The notes below the pieces were generated by a model, which was given only the letters and a program-made list of their open reading frames with translations, did not search any database and was not told where the DNA came from. The position numbers and the translations under genes are program-made. DNA of 32,257 nucleotides from Sphaerodactylus townsendi. Taxonomy: Eukaryota. The stretch is taken from the NCBI RefSeq assembly GCF_021028975.2, contig NC_059439.1, positions 34,255,744-34,288,000 of the forward strand, read 5' to 3'. Of this stretch, positions 11,810 to 21,767 are shown piece after piece. Every line of letters begins with the position of its first letter. Position 1 is the stretch's first letter.

Positions 11810-12024
11810 AGGGGAACTGAAGTCTGCTCCTGAGACGGATGTTTCTCGAAGGAAATGTTGGGGAAAATGTAAGAGACGTGAGTTGCAATCTCGCCAATGA
11901 GGATGTCACCTGGTTGGTACCACTCGTGTGGAACCCAAAGCATACGGTCCCCCCTACACTTCATAGCATGTTCTTTGCTCATAATTTGGGGAATCATCAT
12001 CATCATCAACATCAGAGGTGCCAT
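11810..12024 (-). CDS. V2R gene A exon 1 (signal peptide and start of Venus flytrap domain); vomeronasal type-2 receptor, Vmn2r26-like family
   Basis: MAPLMLMMMMIPQ...KC...HEWYQPGDILIG matches a V2R exon-1 motif. Donor CT|GTAAAG at 11810/11809; 215 bp, phase 2. The six exons (215+292+888+228+127+902=2652 nt) join into an open 883-aa CDS. Confidence 0.88.
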
Positions 12025-12521
12025 AATAAGGTGCTGATTCTATCGAATGGCTCTATAACACTTCTTGCTGATGGCTGATTTCTCCATTAGAACACTATCT
12101 AGGCAGCCGGATCTCCAGTCTCAGTCAAAAAGCAAGTCTCAATGTCAATCAAGAGATGCTGATTCGAAGGGCGTTTTATCCAGTAGTTCAATCTGACACG
12201 GTCCCGCCACTCTCTTGACCTTAATCGTTGCTGTGAGTGGCACAGGAGATTTTCTTATAGCCGTCTCAAACTTGCTCGTGGGTTTTCACTGCATTCTCAA
12301 AAACCACTGAAGCTTTGAACAGGTGAGTGAATGATTGTGATTTTGAAAATTACAGGGGAGTTGGCCACAACTGCAAAATATTTGGACCCTGCCAGAGGGG
12401 GAAAACATGTTTGTCAGATACTGCCTCCAGGGATTCACACTTCTGGTTTCTTTTGACTTTCCTAACATTATCATTTGTTCTGTTGCTATCAGTTTAGTTC
12501 AGTACCTTGATGGGCATAAAT

Positions 12522-12529
12522 TAGTAGTG

Positions 12530-12597
<68 letters not shown>
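12522..12597. repeat. (TAG)n microsatellite
   Basis: About 25 units with one interruption, ~500 bp upstream of the gene A ATG. Confidence 0.98.
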
Positions 12598-12679
12598 TTA
12601 TTTATGATTAATAACCAATAAAACAGCAATTCATGAAAAGCCAAATTCCAGATTATTTACAAACGAGGAGATTAGCGTT

Positions 12680-12820
12680 GGCCCCTTCCGCACATGCAGA
12701 ATAATATGCTTTCAATCCACTTTCACAATTGTTTGCAAGCAGATTTTGCTATTCTGCACAGCTTCCAAGTTTACTGAAAGTGGACTGAAAGTGCGTTATT
12801 CTGCATGTGCGGAAGAGGCC
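12680..12820. mobile_element. 141-bp Harbinger-type MITE, diverged copy
   Basis: GGCCCCTTCCGCACATGCAGAATAA...TTATTCTGCATGTGCGGAAGAGGCC; TSD eroded. Confidence 0.8.
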
Positions 12821-12869
12821 ATGGAAAGTTAAAATATAAAGTAAAGCTTATTTTAACATTCCTCTATAG

Positions 12870-13004
12870 CACAGGTGTCAAACTCATGGCCCTCCAGATG
12901 TTATGGACTACAGTTCCCACCATCCCCTGCCAGCATGATGCTGGCAGGAGATGATGGGAACTGTAGTCCATAACACCTGGAGGGCTGCGAGTTTGACACC
13001 TGTG
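12870..13004. mobile_element. Palindromic hAT MITE
   Basis: TIR CACAGGTGTCAAACTC; perfect 8-bp TSD CTCTATAG. Confidence 0.9.
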
Positions 13005-13050
13005 CTCTATAGGAATTAAGGGTCTCCTGTCCACCTGCTCTTCTGTATTA

Positions 13051-13191
13051 GGCTCATTCCGCACATGCAGAATAATGCACTTTCAAACTGCTTTCAGTGC
13101 TCTTTGAAGCTGTGCGGAATAGCAAAATCCACTTGCAAACAGTTGTGAAAGTGGCTTGAAAACGCATTATTTTGCCTGTGCGGAAGGGGCC
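13051..13191. mobile_element. 141-bp Harbinger-type MITE
   Basis: Near-identical to 26871-27011 and 31020-31160. Confidence 0.9.
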
Positions 13192-13350
13192 TCTGTTTAC
13201 TAAAACACAAAAATGGGCTACATCACTGGAAACTCTTTGGTCCTTACCCAACAGCAAATAGTTCAATTTCCATTTATTGTCTTTTCCAGCCCATTCACTC
13301 AAAATTGGTGCCAGGATTTCTTCTCTAAGCTTGTCATATAGGGGGTACTT

Positions 13351-13659
13351 AAGAAGAGAAGAAGAAGAAGAGTTTGGATTTATATCCCCCCTTTCTCTCC
13401 TGCAGGAGACTCAAAGGGGCTTACAATCTCCTTGCCCTTCCCCCCTCACAACAAACACCCTGTGAGGTGGGTGGGGCTGAGAGAGCTCCGAGAAGCTGTG
13501 ACTAGCCCAAGGTCACCCAGCTGGCGTGTGTGAGAGTGCACAGGCTAATCTGAATTCCCCAGATAAGCCTCCACAGCTCAGGCGACAGAGCTGGGAATCA
13601 AACCTGGTTCCTCCAGATTAGATACACGAGCTCTTAACCTCCTACGCCACTGCTGCTCC
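13351..13659 (-). mobile_element. Squam3-type SINE, full length
   Basis: Reverse complement closely matches 4481-4786; (GAA)n tail. Confidence 0.88.
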
Positions 13660-13967
13660 TTATGTTCTAGTGAATAGACTTCTTCCTGGGCATAAATGAT
13701 AAACTTAACAAAAGAAAGCACAATTTTAGCATCACAAAGGGAAGAGTTATCTATCAGAGGATTTAACCTTATGGTCCTGAATCCTCCTAGCAATTAAAAG
13801 ATTTCAGACATGAAGGGGTTAACTGTATGCATTGAAATTAGTTACTGAGGTCAGAGTTTTATAGCCAGTCCATTGATTAAGCTATTGATCAGTTGGCTCC
13901 AGCATTGCCTGCGTGGAACTAGTCACATAGACAGAAAGTTATAAAGTCTGTTTCTCTGTTAGTCAGA

Positions 13968-14107
13968 GGCTGATTCTGCATGGGCCAAAAACAGCAGTGT
14001 GAAAACGGTGTGAAAACAGTGTAAAAGGGTTTACAACCGTGTAAAAGGGTTTATTCTGTTTTCACACCATTTTCACACCACTGTTTTTGGCCCATGCGGA
14101 ATCAGCC
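13968..14107. mobile_element. Palindromic Harbinger-type MITE (second family)
   Basis: TIR GGCTGATTC(T/C)GCATGGGCCAAAAACAG; 3-bp TSD AGA. Confidence 0.85.
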
Positions 14108-14153
14108 AGAGTCACCATCATGATGTGACTACAAGGTAGTAAAATATAACTAA

Positions 14154-14294
14154 GGCCCCTTCCGCACACGCAAAATAATGCGTTTTCAAACCACTTTCAC
14201 AACTGTTTGCAAGTGGATTTTGCTATTCCGCACAGCTTCAAAGAGCACTGAAAGCAGCTTGAAAGTGCATTATTCTGCATGTGCGGAATGAGCC
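14154..14294. mobile_element. 141-bp Harbinger-type MITE
   Basis: Family match; TSD TAA. Confidence 0.92.
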
Positions 14295-15233
14295 TAAGTG
14301 TAGTGCTATAGTAAGGTGTTCTTATGTTCTCCCATGTAACTCTCCCTTAATAGAAAAATTCGTTTGCATAAAACCAGCAACTGTGTCTCTCTCTTTTATG
14401 CTACTCTGCAAATTATATTAAGTTTACAAGTCAACATTAGCTTTTCCTGGTGACTTTTCCTGGTATACTTTTCCTCAGTTTTAGTATTTGCATTCTGTTT
14501 TGCTGGCTTTTGAATGACTCAAAAGCTTATAATGTTAATTGTCTTTTACTCTCATTCATCCTTCCATCACTATTTCTTAGAACAGGATGTGTTTCAACAT
14601 GCGTGTGATTCTCTCTGGGCTTCTGGGTGTATTTTTTTTTAGTTAAAGATTTATGTGATGCTCAAAATCATGATAATGAAAAGTTTCTGGTTTTCTGCAT
14701 TATCTTCTGTAAGCAGAAGTGTCTTCGATGTCATGATAGCCAAACATAAAAATAACCAGAAACTGTAACATGCAAAGATGAGTGTAATCTTATCTCATGT
14801 TGCCATCCCCGAAAGACTGCAAACTTGTCAGTGGGGACTGGCCGTGAATTCCACGGGCATATTTTAGTGTTGGGCGTAATTCTTTTAATGATGTGTGTTG
14901 GTTTCTAACATCCATCCACTTCTTCAGATTTCAGTGGATCTTTTAAAGGGCTCCTTTTCATGCCTTTCCATTGGTTCTGCTTAGTGGGAGACTTTATATT
15001 AAGGTGACCAAATTTTTACTCCTGTAACGCAGGGTGCGCGTGCGCGTGCGCGCCCGCGCGGCTGCAGGAGCACACTGCCTTTTGCGACGCTCCCCAGTCA
15101 GGAAACAGAGAAGCACCCCAGAAGGCAGTGCAGCAGCGCAGGAGGCGCACACGGCCGCAGAAACGCACTGCCTTTTGCGGCGGTCCCCGGTTGAAACTCC
15201 CCACGTTACAGGAGTAAAAATCTGGTCACCTTA

Positions 15234-15679
15234 CTTTAAATGCGCTTACAGACACCCGCCCGTGGCATAGTTGACGTCGATTCTGCCTGCCTCTAGGCCT
15301 AAACTTCACTAGAATAATTACTTTCCTCGCCCTTTCCCGAACAGCGGGAGCACTGGGTCTGTTAAGCCACCATTATCCCCACCCCCCAGTTTCCTGAAGC
15401 AGCCACCCTTGGGTCCATTGCCAGGCAGCGGGGGACTACAGCTCCCATCACGCCCCTTGTTGTGATGTTCGCTCCCCCTGTCTCTCTTGGAGGAAGGGAA
15501 GGGGGAGATATCGCAAGAGTTTGTGCAAAGCAAAGGGGAAAGGGTGTTGTGCGCGTACAAGTTTAGGGACGGCCCGGCCAGCCGCAGCGTTCTCGGAGAG
15601 GAATCGAAACTGTGCGAGGATCCCGTGGGCAGATCGACCTGACCGGCTTCCTCTCTCCTGCTGGCGCCGAGTCACCCCG
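15234..15679 (+). promoter_or_regulatory. Captured CpG-rich promoter/5'UTR with ZNF143/THAP11-type motif and CRE-like site
   Basis: ACTACAGCTCCCA at 15435-15447 and TGACGTC at 15272-15278; CpG-rich; directly upstream of the ZFC3H1-like ATG. Confidence 0.6.
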
Positions 15680-15863
15680 ATGGCAACTCCTGAGGCTGAA
15701 GAGAAGGCGGAGGCGCGCCCCTCGAGCAGCCTCTCACCGAAAGAGGAGGGCGAGCTGGAGGACGGCGAAATCAGTGGCGATGACAATCCCGAAGGCCCTC
15801 CCAAGCCGACCAGCCGAGGTGGTGGCCCAAGGGGCCCTTACGCCAGGTGCAGGCCTCATCCCG
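15680..15863 (+). pseudogene. ZFC3H1: Captured 5' fragment of ZFC3H1 coding exon 1; the ORF reads on into transposon sequence to a stop at 15967 (95 aa)
   Basis: MATPEAEEKAEARPSSSLSPKEEGELEDGEISGDDN...PYARCRPH matches my recollection of the vertebrate ZFC3H1 N-terminus (MAT...SSGLSPKEEGELEDGEISDDDN...PYPRRRPPH). Confidence 0.85.
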
Positions 15864-17100
15864 ACGTTGAAACTGGGGAGCGCCGCAAGGGTAGTGGCTT
15901 TGCAGCCGGCAGAAAGCCCTGCGCTAGCCACTGCCTTTGCATGCCTCTCGTTTCCCCGCCTCTGTGACACGGCAAGAAACAGGGAAGTGCCCCAGAAGGC
16001 AGTGCGGCAGCGCAGGAGGAGCACGCGGCTGCAGGAGCGCATTGCCTAATCGGGACAATTTAAAAACCCCGCGGGACGCAGGACACATTGCGGAAAAGTG
16101 TGAGTGTCCCGCCAAAAGTGGGACGGCTGGTCACCTTACTTTATATGTATATATGAAGGCCCAACTGTGCCCTTGCAACTCTGGTGAAACAACTACTTAC
16201 AGTTTGTTGTATCGAAAATTTTATCAGGATGTTAGAAATTTATTGATTTCACCCGGACACCTCCAAATGGAATGATAACCATTGGTGTAAAAGCAGCTAG
16301 AGGGGACTAGAAATCCCATGCTCCTTTGCAAACCCATGACACAATGCCCAGCACAAAGGACTAATTTGATGTGCAGCTGCTCAGAGAGCTTGAAATAACA
16401 GTTTGACTATTCTACTATGTGTAATGTGACCTTGGTTATAAATCAGGAGATAAGAAGTCAGGGCTTCAGAAAAGGGATGTGTTCCCCAGTTTGGAAATAC
16501 TGAGTTTAAAGGAAAGAACTTTGCAATCAGCTTGGGATTTGACAAATGCACTTTTTTTGAAAGGAAAGGTTGCAATCAATAATTATACAACTGATACACC
16601 CTTATCTACAGACAATCAACTTGGGAAGTGGAAAATATTATACACAAAACTCATAAAATGGGAGAAAAATCTGCAAAAACAATTGAACAACATTTGATGA
16701 AACAGCCAGATAGAGACTTGGGGAAAAGAACTTCAGAGGGAAGAATACAGACGCTTCAGCCTGCACAAATCATAAGTCCATTACTGGTGTATTGCAATGA
16801 ATTAGCAGAGTAAATACTAGGGCAGAAATGCAAGTAAGTTGTTTTGTAGAACTTTATTAGATGACAAATTAATTTACACTAAATATAGGAAGAGCAAACA
16901 CTGTCTATGCAAGTTCTTAATCTGGACCTTTGTGCAGTCTATCTCTCAAGTTTTGCTGGAAGAAGAAAGGAGAGATCTTTCCAGAAGCTCATGTGATTCT
17001 AGGCATATGACTTGAGCAGTAAACTCCTGCTTGATTGAATGAAACAGGCACTTATACCAGCCTAACAGCTACCCCAAGTACTCTTCTGAATGTGAGTAAT

Positions 17101-18008
17101 TCATTCAACTTCATGCTTTCTCATTAGATGTCCTTTTTTATTCTGCTCAGGTCTTACTATAATGACGTAGCATTTTGGGAAGAAGATGCAGGCCAGTAAT
17201 CCAGCACTGGAGGTTAAGATGGAGAAGATCTCCACAGCCACCATGGATTTGCCCTTGGTGCTCAAGTAGGTTGGAACGAAGGAGACCCACACACTGCAAA
17301 AGACCAACATGCTGAAGGTGATGAACTTGGCTTCATTGAAACTGTCCGGTAACTTCCTGGCTAAGAAAGCCACAGTGAAGCTGATGAGGGCCAGGAAGCC
17401 AAGAAAGCTCAGGACACCGTAAAACATGGTGACAGACCCCTCGTTACATTCCAGCACAATTGTCTCTGTCATTGAGTGCCTGTCAAAACCTGGGAAGGGG
17501 GGAGATGTTGCCAACCACACGGTACATATAGTAGTTTGGAAAAGGGAACATGCAAGGACAATGGAACTGGCCAACTTTTTCCCCAGCCATCTCCTCATTC
17601 TGGATCCTGGTTTTGTGGCCAGAAAAGCCAGAACTACAATGACAGTTTTGGCTAAAACACAAGAAACAGCCACTGAGAAGATAATGCCGAAAGCCGTTTG
17701 TCGAAGGAGACAGGTCCACTTCTGAGGTTGGCCAATGAACAGCAAACCACAAAGGAAAGACAAGAGGAGAGAGATGAGGAGAGTGTAGGTGAGATCCCGG
17801 TTGTTGGCTTTGACTATGGGAGTCTCCCGGTGCTTAACAAAGATCCCAAGCACCACAGCCGTGATGACAAAGAAGGAAAGAGCAACAGCGGCCAGGCTGA
17901 TCCCCAAAGGTTCTCCGTAAGTTAAAAAGCTGATCTCTTTCGGTATGCATGAATTCTGGCATTTGTTTGGATACTGACCTTCAGGACACTCAAAACATTC
18001 ATTCATGT
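17101..18008 (-). CDS. V2R gene B exon 6 (7TM)
   Basis: tttgcag|AC acceptor; 908 bp to TGA; full set of class C 7TM motifs. Confidence 0.96.
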
Positions 18009-18328
18009 CTGCAAACATAAAACATTTTTCCTGACTTTACCTTTGATAAAGCAAAGAATAAACAAAGACTCGGAAGGTTCTATAGGGTCCTGTATACTTG
18101 GTCAGTTGAACTTAAGCTGCTGAAGAGACCTTCTGTGGCCCACTTAGGTCTAACTAATTTTACATAGTTTAGCTATAGCAAGTATATCACTAACTATGGG
18201 CTTCTTCTGGAAGATTAACTCCTGGGTTGAGCAAAACATGAAATTCAGGAGATGTCTACAGGGCCATTCTCACCATTCTATGTACATATCGAAATACAAT
18301 GAACATATCTGATAGTCGAATCTCTTAC

Positions 18329-18455
18329 CCTTCTCGTTTGAAATCTTCCCTTGTGGACACGGAAGACAGTCATAACAGCAAAAAGGTCTGCCTTCGATCT
18401 TTCTTTTGCTGTAACCAGAACGACAGTATTCATTGCAAACCGAAAGGGGCTGCAC
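18329..18455 (-). CDS. V2R gene B exon 5
   Basis: ggccag|GTG acceptor and G|GTAAGA donor; 127 bp. [11 protein letters not shown]...[15 protein letters not shown]. Confidence 0.95.
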
Positions 18456-18746
18456 CTGGCCCAAATGAAAGATACGTATTAAACGCACCCATTTTCATTT
18501 GCTATCCCAAATGTATATCTTATTGGTGTAATTGCAGTTATAATGGGTTGGCATGGCATGATAGCATGACTTCAGTGGAACATTTGGAGTGCAACGAAGA
18601 ATTGAAACTTTTGTATTCTTTTATTCCGGACAATATAAGCACCATTTCAATCGTTCAAAATGAGGCATTTTGTTAAGGCAGGAACCTTCCAGCTGTAGTG
18701 TCTCTTGAGGCTGAGATCCCATGCCAGTCAAGTCAGCAAAATCAAA

Positions 18747-18887
18747 GGCCCCTTCCGCACACACAAAATAATGCATTTTCAAACTACTTTCACAACTGTT
18801 TGCAAGTGGATTTTGCCATTCCGCACAGCTTCAAAGAGCACTGGAAGCAGTTTGAAAGTGCATTATTCTGCATGTGCGGAATGAGCC
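18747..18887. mobile_element. 141-bp Harbinger-type MITE in gene B intron 4
   Basis: TSD AAA; the empty site is visible in paralog C (atcaaagataaagg at ~29511-29524). Confidence 0.95.
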
Positions 18888-19498
18888 AAAGATAAAGGTC
18901 CAAGCAAGAACTGAAATTAGCAAAGTTGATGTGAAGGGTGTTGATACCTCCTGCCTTATGTTGAACACTTCAAAGCCCCATCCAACAATCAGGCATCTAG
19001 ATGTGACGCCATGCCTGCACGAGCCTGCCACTCCCAAGGAGCCTTTCCATTGGTGTGGGGATGCTAAAATTGCAACCAAACCTCCCCCCTGCTGGAAAGC
19101 CCCCACTGGGCATTATGGACTTAAGTCTGGTGGGAGGGAAGGGAAGGGAAGGCCAATTCTTAGCTGCTTTTAGGCTCCTCGTGGTAAATATATGTGGGGT
19201 GTAAAAACCAGTTATTTTTATTTGATCAAGCTGTTCCTTTCCATGAGGATTCGACTATTGTCATTTTTTCCATGCTATATATCTAAATATATCTTTATTT
19301 ATAATCTCTTCTGCTTGGAAGGAACACAAAGGATGTTAATGACATGACCCAAAATACACTGAACCATTTGTTCAAAGCTTTTCCTAACAACAGTATTAGA
19401 AGAAAATGATGATTTAGCTATTCACCACCTAATCAGCAGAACAAACACAGAGAAAAAAATAGCATGTGAATATTTTATTCCTATTTCAGCACTGGTAG

Positions 19499-20014
19499 TG
19501 TAACCCCCATGCTCAGAATGGGTTGACCCAGAAAGGGATGGAGACTCAAAGCAGCAAGAGGCTGCAGAGCTCATGTAGTTTGGAGGAGACAAGGCTACCA
19601 GACGCGGACCTTGATTTGTATAAGCCCCTTAAGGTAACTGCAATGTTGTTGGGAACTACCGGGAAGGTAGTTGTTTATTTTTGCTATGTTGTAAATGTTG
19701 GAGTTTATTGTTTCAGGGTTTCTTTTTGTGGTTGTAATGGGTGAGAGTTCTCCTGGAAACCTTCATCACGTTGAATCCTGTTCATCAAGCCCTTGGAGTC
19801 TTCAGGAGCCAACCCACTTGCAAAGAAGAATTGGACTTGGCAGGATCAGTAGACTGTAAATATAAGGACTTGAAATTGCAACCTGAACAGGACCTTGAAG
19901 TGTGATGTTAAATGTTGATGTTATATGTTAAGAAATTAAACCATTTTGTTTTTAAAATTTGTTGTTGCACTCATTCCAAGTTCTGCCCCACAGAACCCAC
20001 AGTTAGAGGTTACA
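19499..20014 (+). mobile_element. Solo LTR (516 bp) in gene B intron 4
   Basis: TGTAACC...GGTTACA termini; 4-bp TSD GTAG/GCAG (1 mismatch); ATTAAA near the 3' end; absent from the paralogous intron of gene C. Confidence 0.85.
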
Positions 20015-20056
20015 GCAGCATTAGTTGAGATGTCCTAGAACATTTATAAATCCTAC

Positions 20057-20284
20057 CTGGTTGAACATAGCGGGCCATACAATGGCCTTGTCATTAATGG
20101 AGAACATTTTTTCAGAAAGAGCCGTTGAGTCGGCCTTTCCCACTTTGACTCGAAGAAAGGACTGATTTGGGAAGGTGACCCAGTTGACAATATCCAAGTT
20201 GGTTACTAGTTCCCCATTTGTGTCAAAGGAAATGCTTTCCCCAGCACTGTTGTTGAAGGAGACACTTCTCAGAAAGTGGTAGAG
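20057..20284 (-). CDS. V2R gene B exon 4
   Basis: cctttag|CTC acceptor and CAG|GTAGGA donor; 228 bp, open. LYHFLRSVSFNNSAGE...NWVTFPNQSFLRVKVG...WPAMFNQ. Missed by the ORF track. Confidence 0.95.
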
Positions 20285-20594
20285 CTAAAGGCAGACAAAA
20301 AGCAAAACACCAATTCATACAGAAATGCAAGATATGCAAATATGAAATGGGATGATACTTTTTCAAACAAGAGAACTGTTGATATTGTTTTCCTTAAATC
20401 TATGTTCAGGTACACAGTGGGGAGACTTACAGAATTTAATATGTCAACATACTAGGGAGAGTCAATGTGAATTGATGTAGAGCAGGTGGACTCTAATATG
20501 GAGAACTGAGTTTGGTTCTCCACTCCTCATGTGTGGTGGACTCTTTCCTAGTGAACTGGATAGTCTATTGATTTCTTTTTCTGTATCTTATGCC

Positions 20595-20980
20595 CAGTGG
20601 TGGGATCCAAAAAATTTAGTAACAGGTTCCCATGGTGGTGGGATTCAAACTGTGGCGTAGTGCCAATGGGGCTGGGCAGGGCACGACGGGGGCGTGGCCG
20701 GGCATTCTGGGGGCAGGGCATTCCTGGGCGGGTCTGTGGCAAGGACACAGCTGCTGCACCAGTCCTTGGGCGGGAAATGAATTCACGCAGGCTGCCACAC
20801 ACACCGGTGCACCTCCTGCTAGACTGCTTCAAGTTCTGGGCACTACTGCTGAGAGGAGGGGCATAACTAAGGCAAAAATCACGTGGCAAAATCACGAATT
20901 AGTAACCCCCTCTCGGCACACACAAATAATTTGTAACCTCCTCTCGGGAACCTGTGAGAACTTGCTGGATCCCACCTCTG
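20595..20980. mobile_element. hAT MITE
   Basis: TIR CAGTGGTGGGATCCA / TGGATCCCACCTCTG; TSD CTTATGCC/ATTATGCC. Confidence 0.88.
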
Positions 20981-21019
20981 ATTATGCCAATGAAGGCTTA
21001 TGTATGTAATATATATATA

Positions 21020-21172
21020 TGTAGCTGTGGACAGTTGGGATTGTTTCAAAAACAGATCCCGGAAGAGCCTTTGACTTCTCTCCCATGTCCATTTTCCATT
21101 CATGTCAACTGTGGAGAAGGAACACCAAAACACCTGTTTCCAGAAGTCCCTGATGGAGCTGTCTTCTTTTTC
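21020..21172 (-). pseudogene. Degenerate V2R exon-3 fragment inside gene B intron 3
   Basis: gtagctgtggacagttgggattgtttcaaaaacagatcccggaagagcc matches 21891-21939. Translates ...IRDFWKQVFWCSF... with a frameshift. Confidence 0.8.
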
Positions 21173-21767
21173 ATATACATCATATTTTCTCCACTATTAG
21201 TCTATTGAATTAGATGCACCACTCCCAGCTGCTGTAACTTCTGATATGGTTTACTGAAATGGGATTTTAATTGGGATTGCCATTAAAATGACTAGGAAGC
21301 TTTAACTACTGCTAAACATAGAAGCCCACTGCTCCAATCACCTGTTTAAGGTACCCTCCTCAGAGAGGTTTGTTACTCTTCCTCCTGTTCTGGGGAAATT
21401 ACCGGTAGTTCATGGTACGAATACCATGGTAACACATTCGCTTCATCACTTTAGGACAGCTATTAAGAATGTTTCCAACAGCTCTTCTTGGAGGTTAATG
21501 GAAATATGAAGCCAGAAATTTGGTTTAGAGAGATGGTAAGAAATGTATTCAGGGTGTTTTACAGTGATTGAAAAGGCCAGAATTCAATTTGTGGTAAGTT
21601 AACTTGTGCCTGTAGGGGTTTGTTTGTTCCCTATCATACGTTCTCAGAGAAAAGAGGGTGCACATGTTTTGGCCAACAAATCCATTCAACAAATAAGTGA
21701 GTATGATTAGAATGTGGGGATAGGGAGGGATATAAACAAAAATAAATTAATAAAAAATAAATGTCAC

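Larger units (their letters stand above)
15000..16138. mobile_element. Composite non-autonomous hAT (Tip100-like ends) transposon carrying captured host DNA (Pack-TIR-like)
   Basis: Termini TAAGGTGACCA...TGGTCACCTTA; perfect 8-bp TSD CTTTATAT (14992-14999 and 16139-16146). Contains a complete MITE at 15000-15233 (~30-bp TIRs), cargo at 15234-~15865, and a related right arm at ~15866-16138. Confidence 0.85.

Noticed and set aside
12407-12607. ORF with poly-valine tract
   Set aside because: Translation of the (GTA)n microsatellite.
15234-15967. Real ZFC3H1 gene or processed pseudogene
   Set aside because: Homology stops mid-exon with no donor site and no downstream exons in the window; there is no poly(A) tail, and the unit has hAT termini and an 8-bp TSD.
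15448-16275. Several overlapping ORFs around the captured fragment
   Set aside because: Expected in GC-rich DNA; only the frame from ATG 15680 has recognisable homology.
17426-17925. Plus-strand ORFs that recur at 3932-4165 and 27330-27856
   Set aside because: The apparent conservation comes from being antisense to conserved V2R exon 6.
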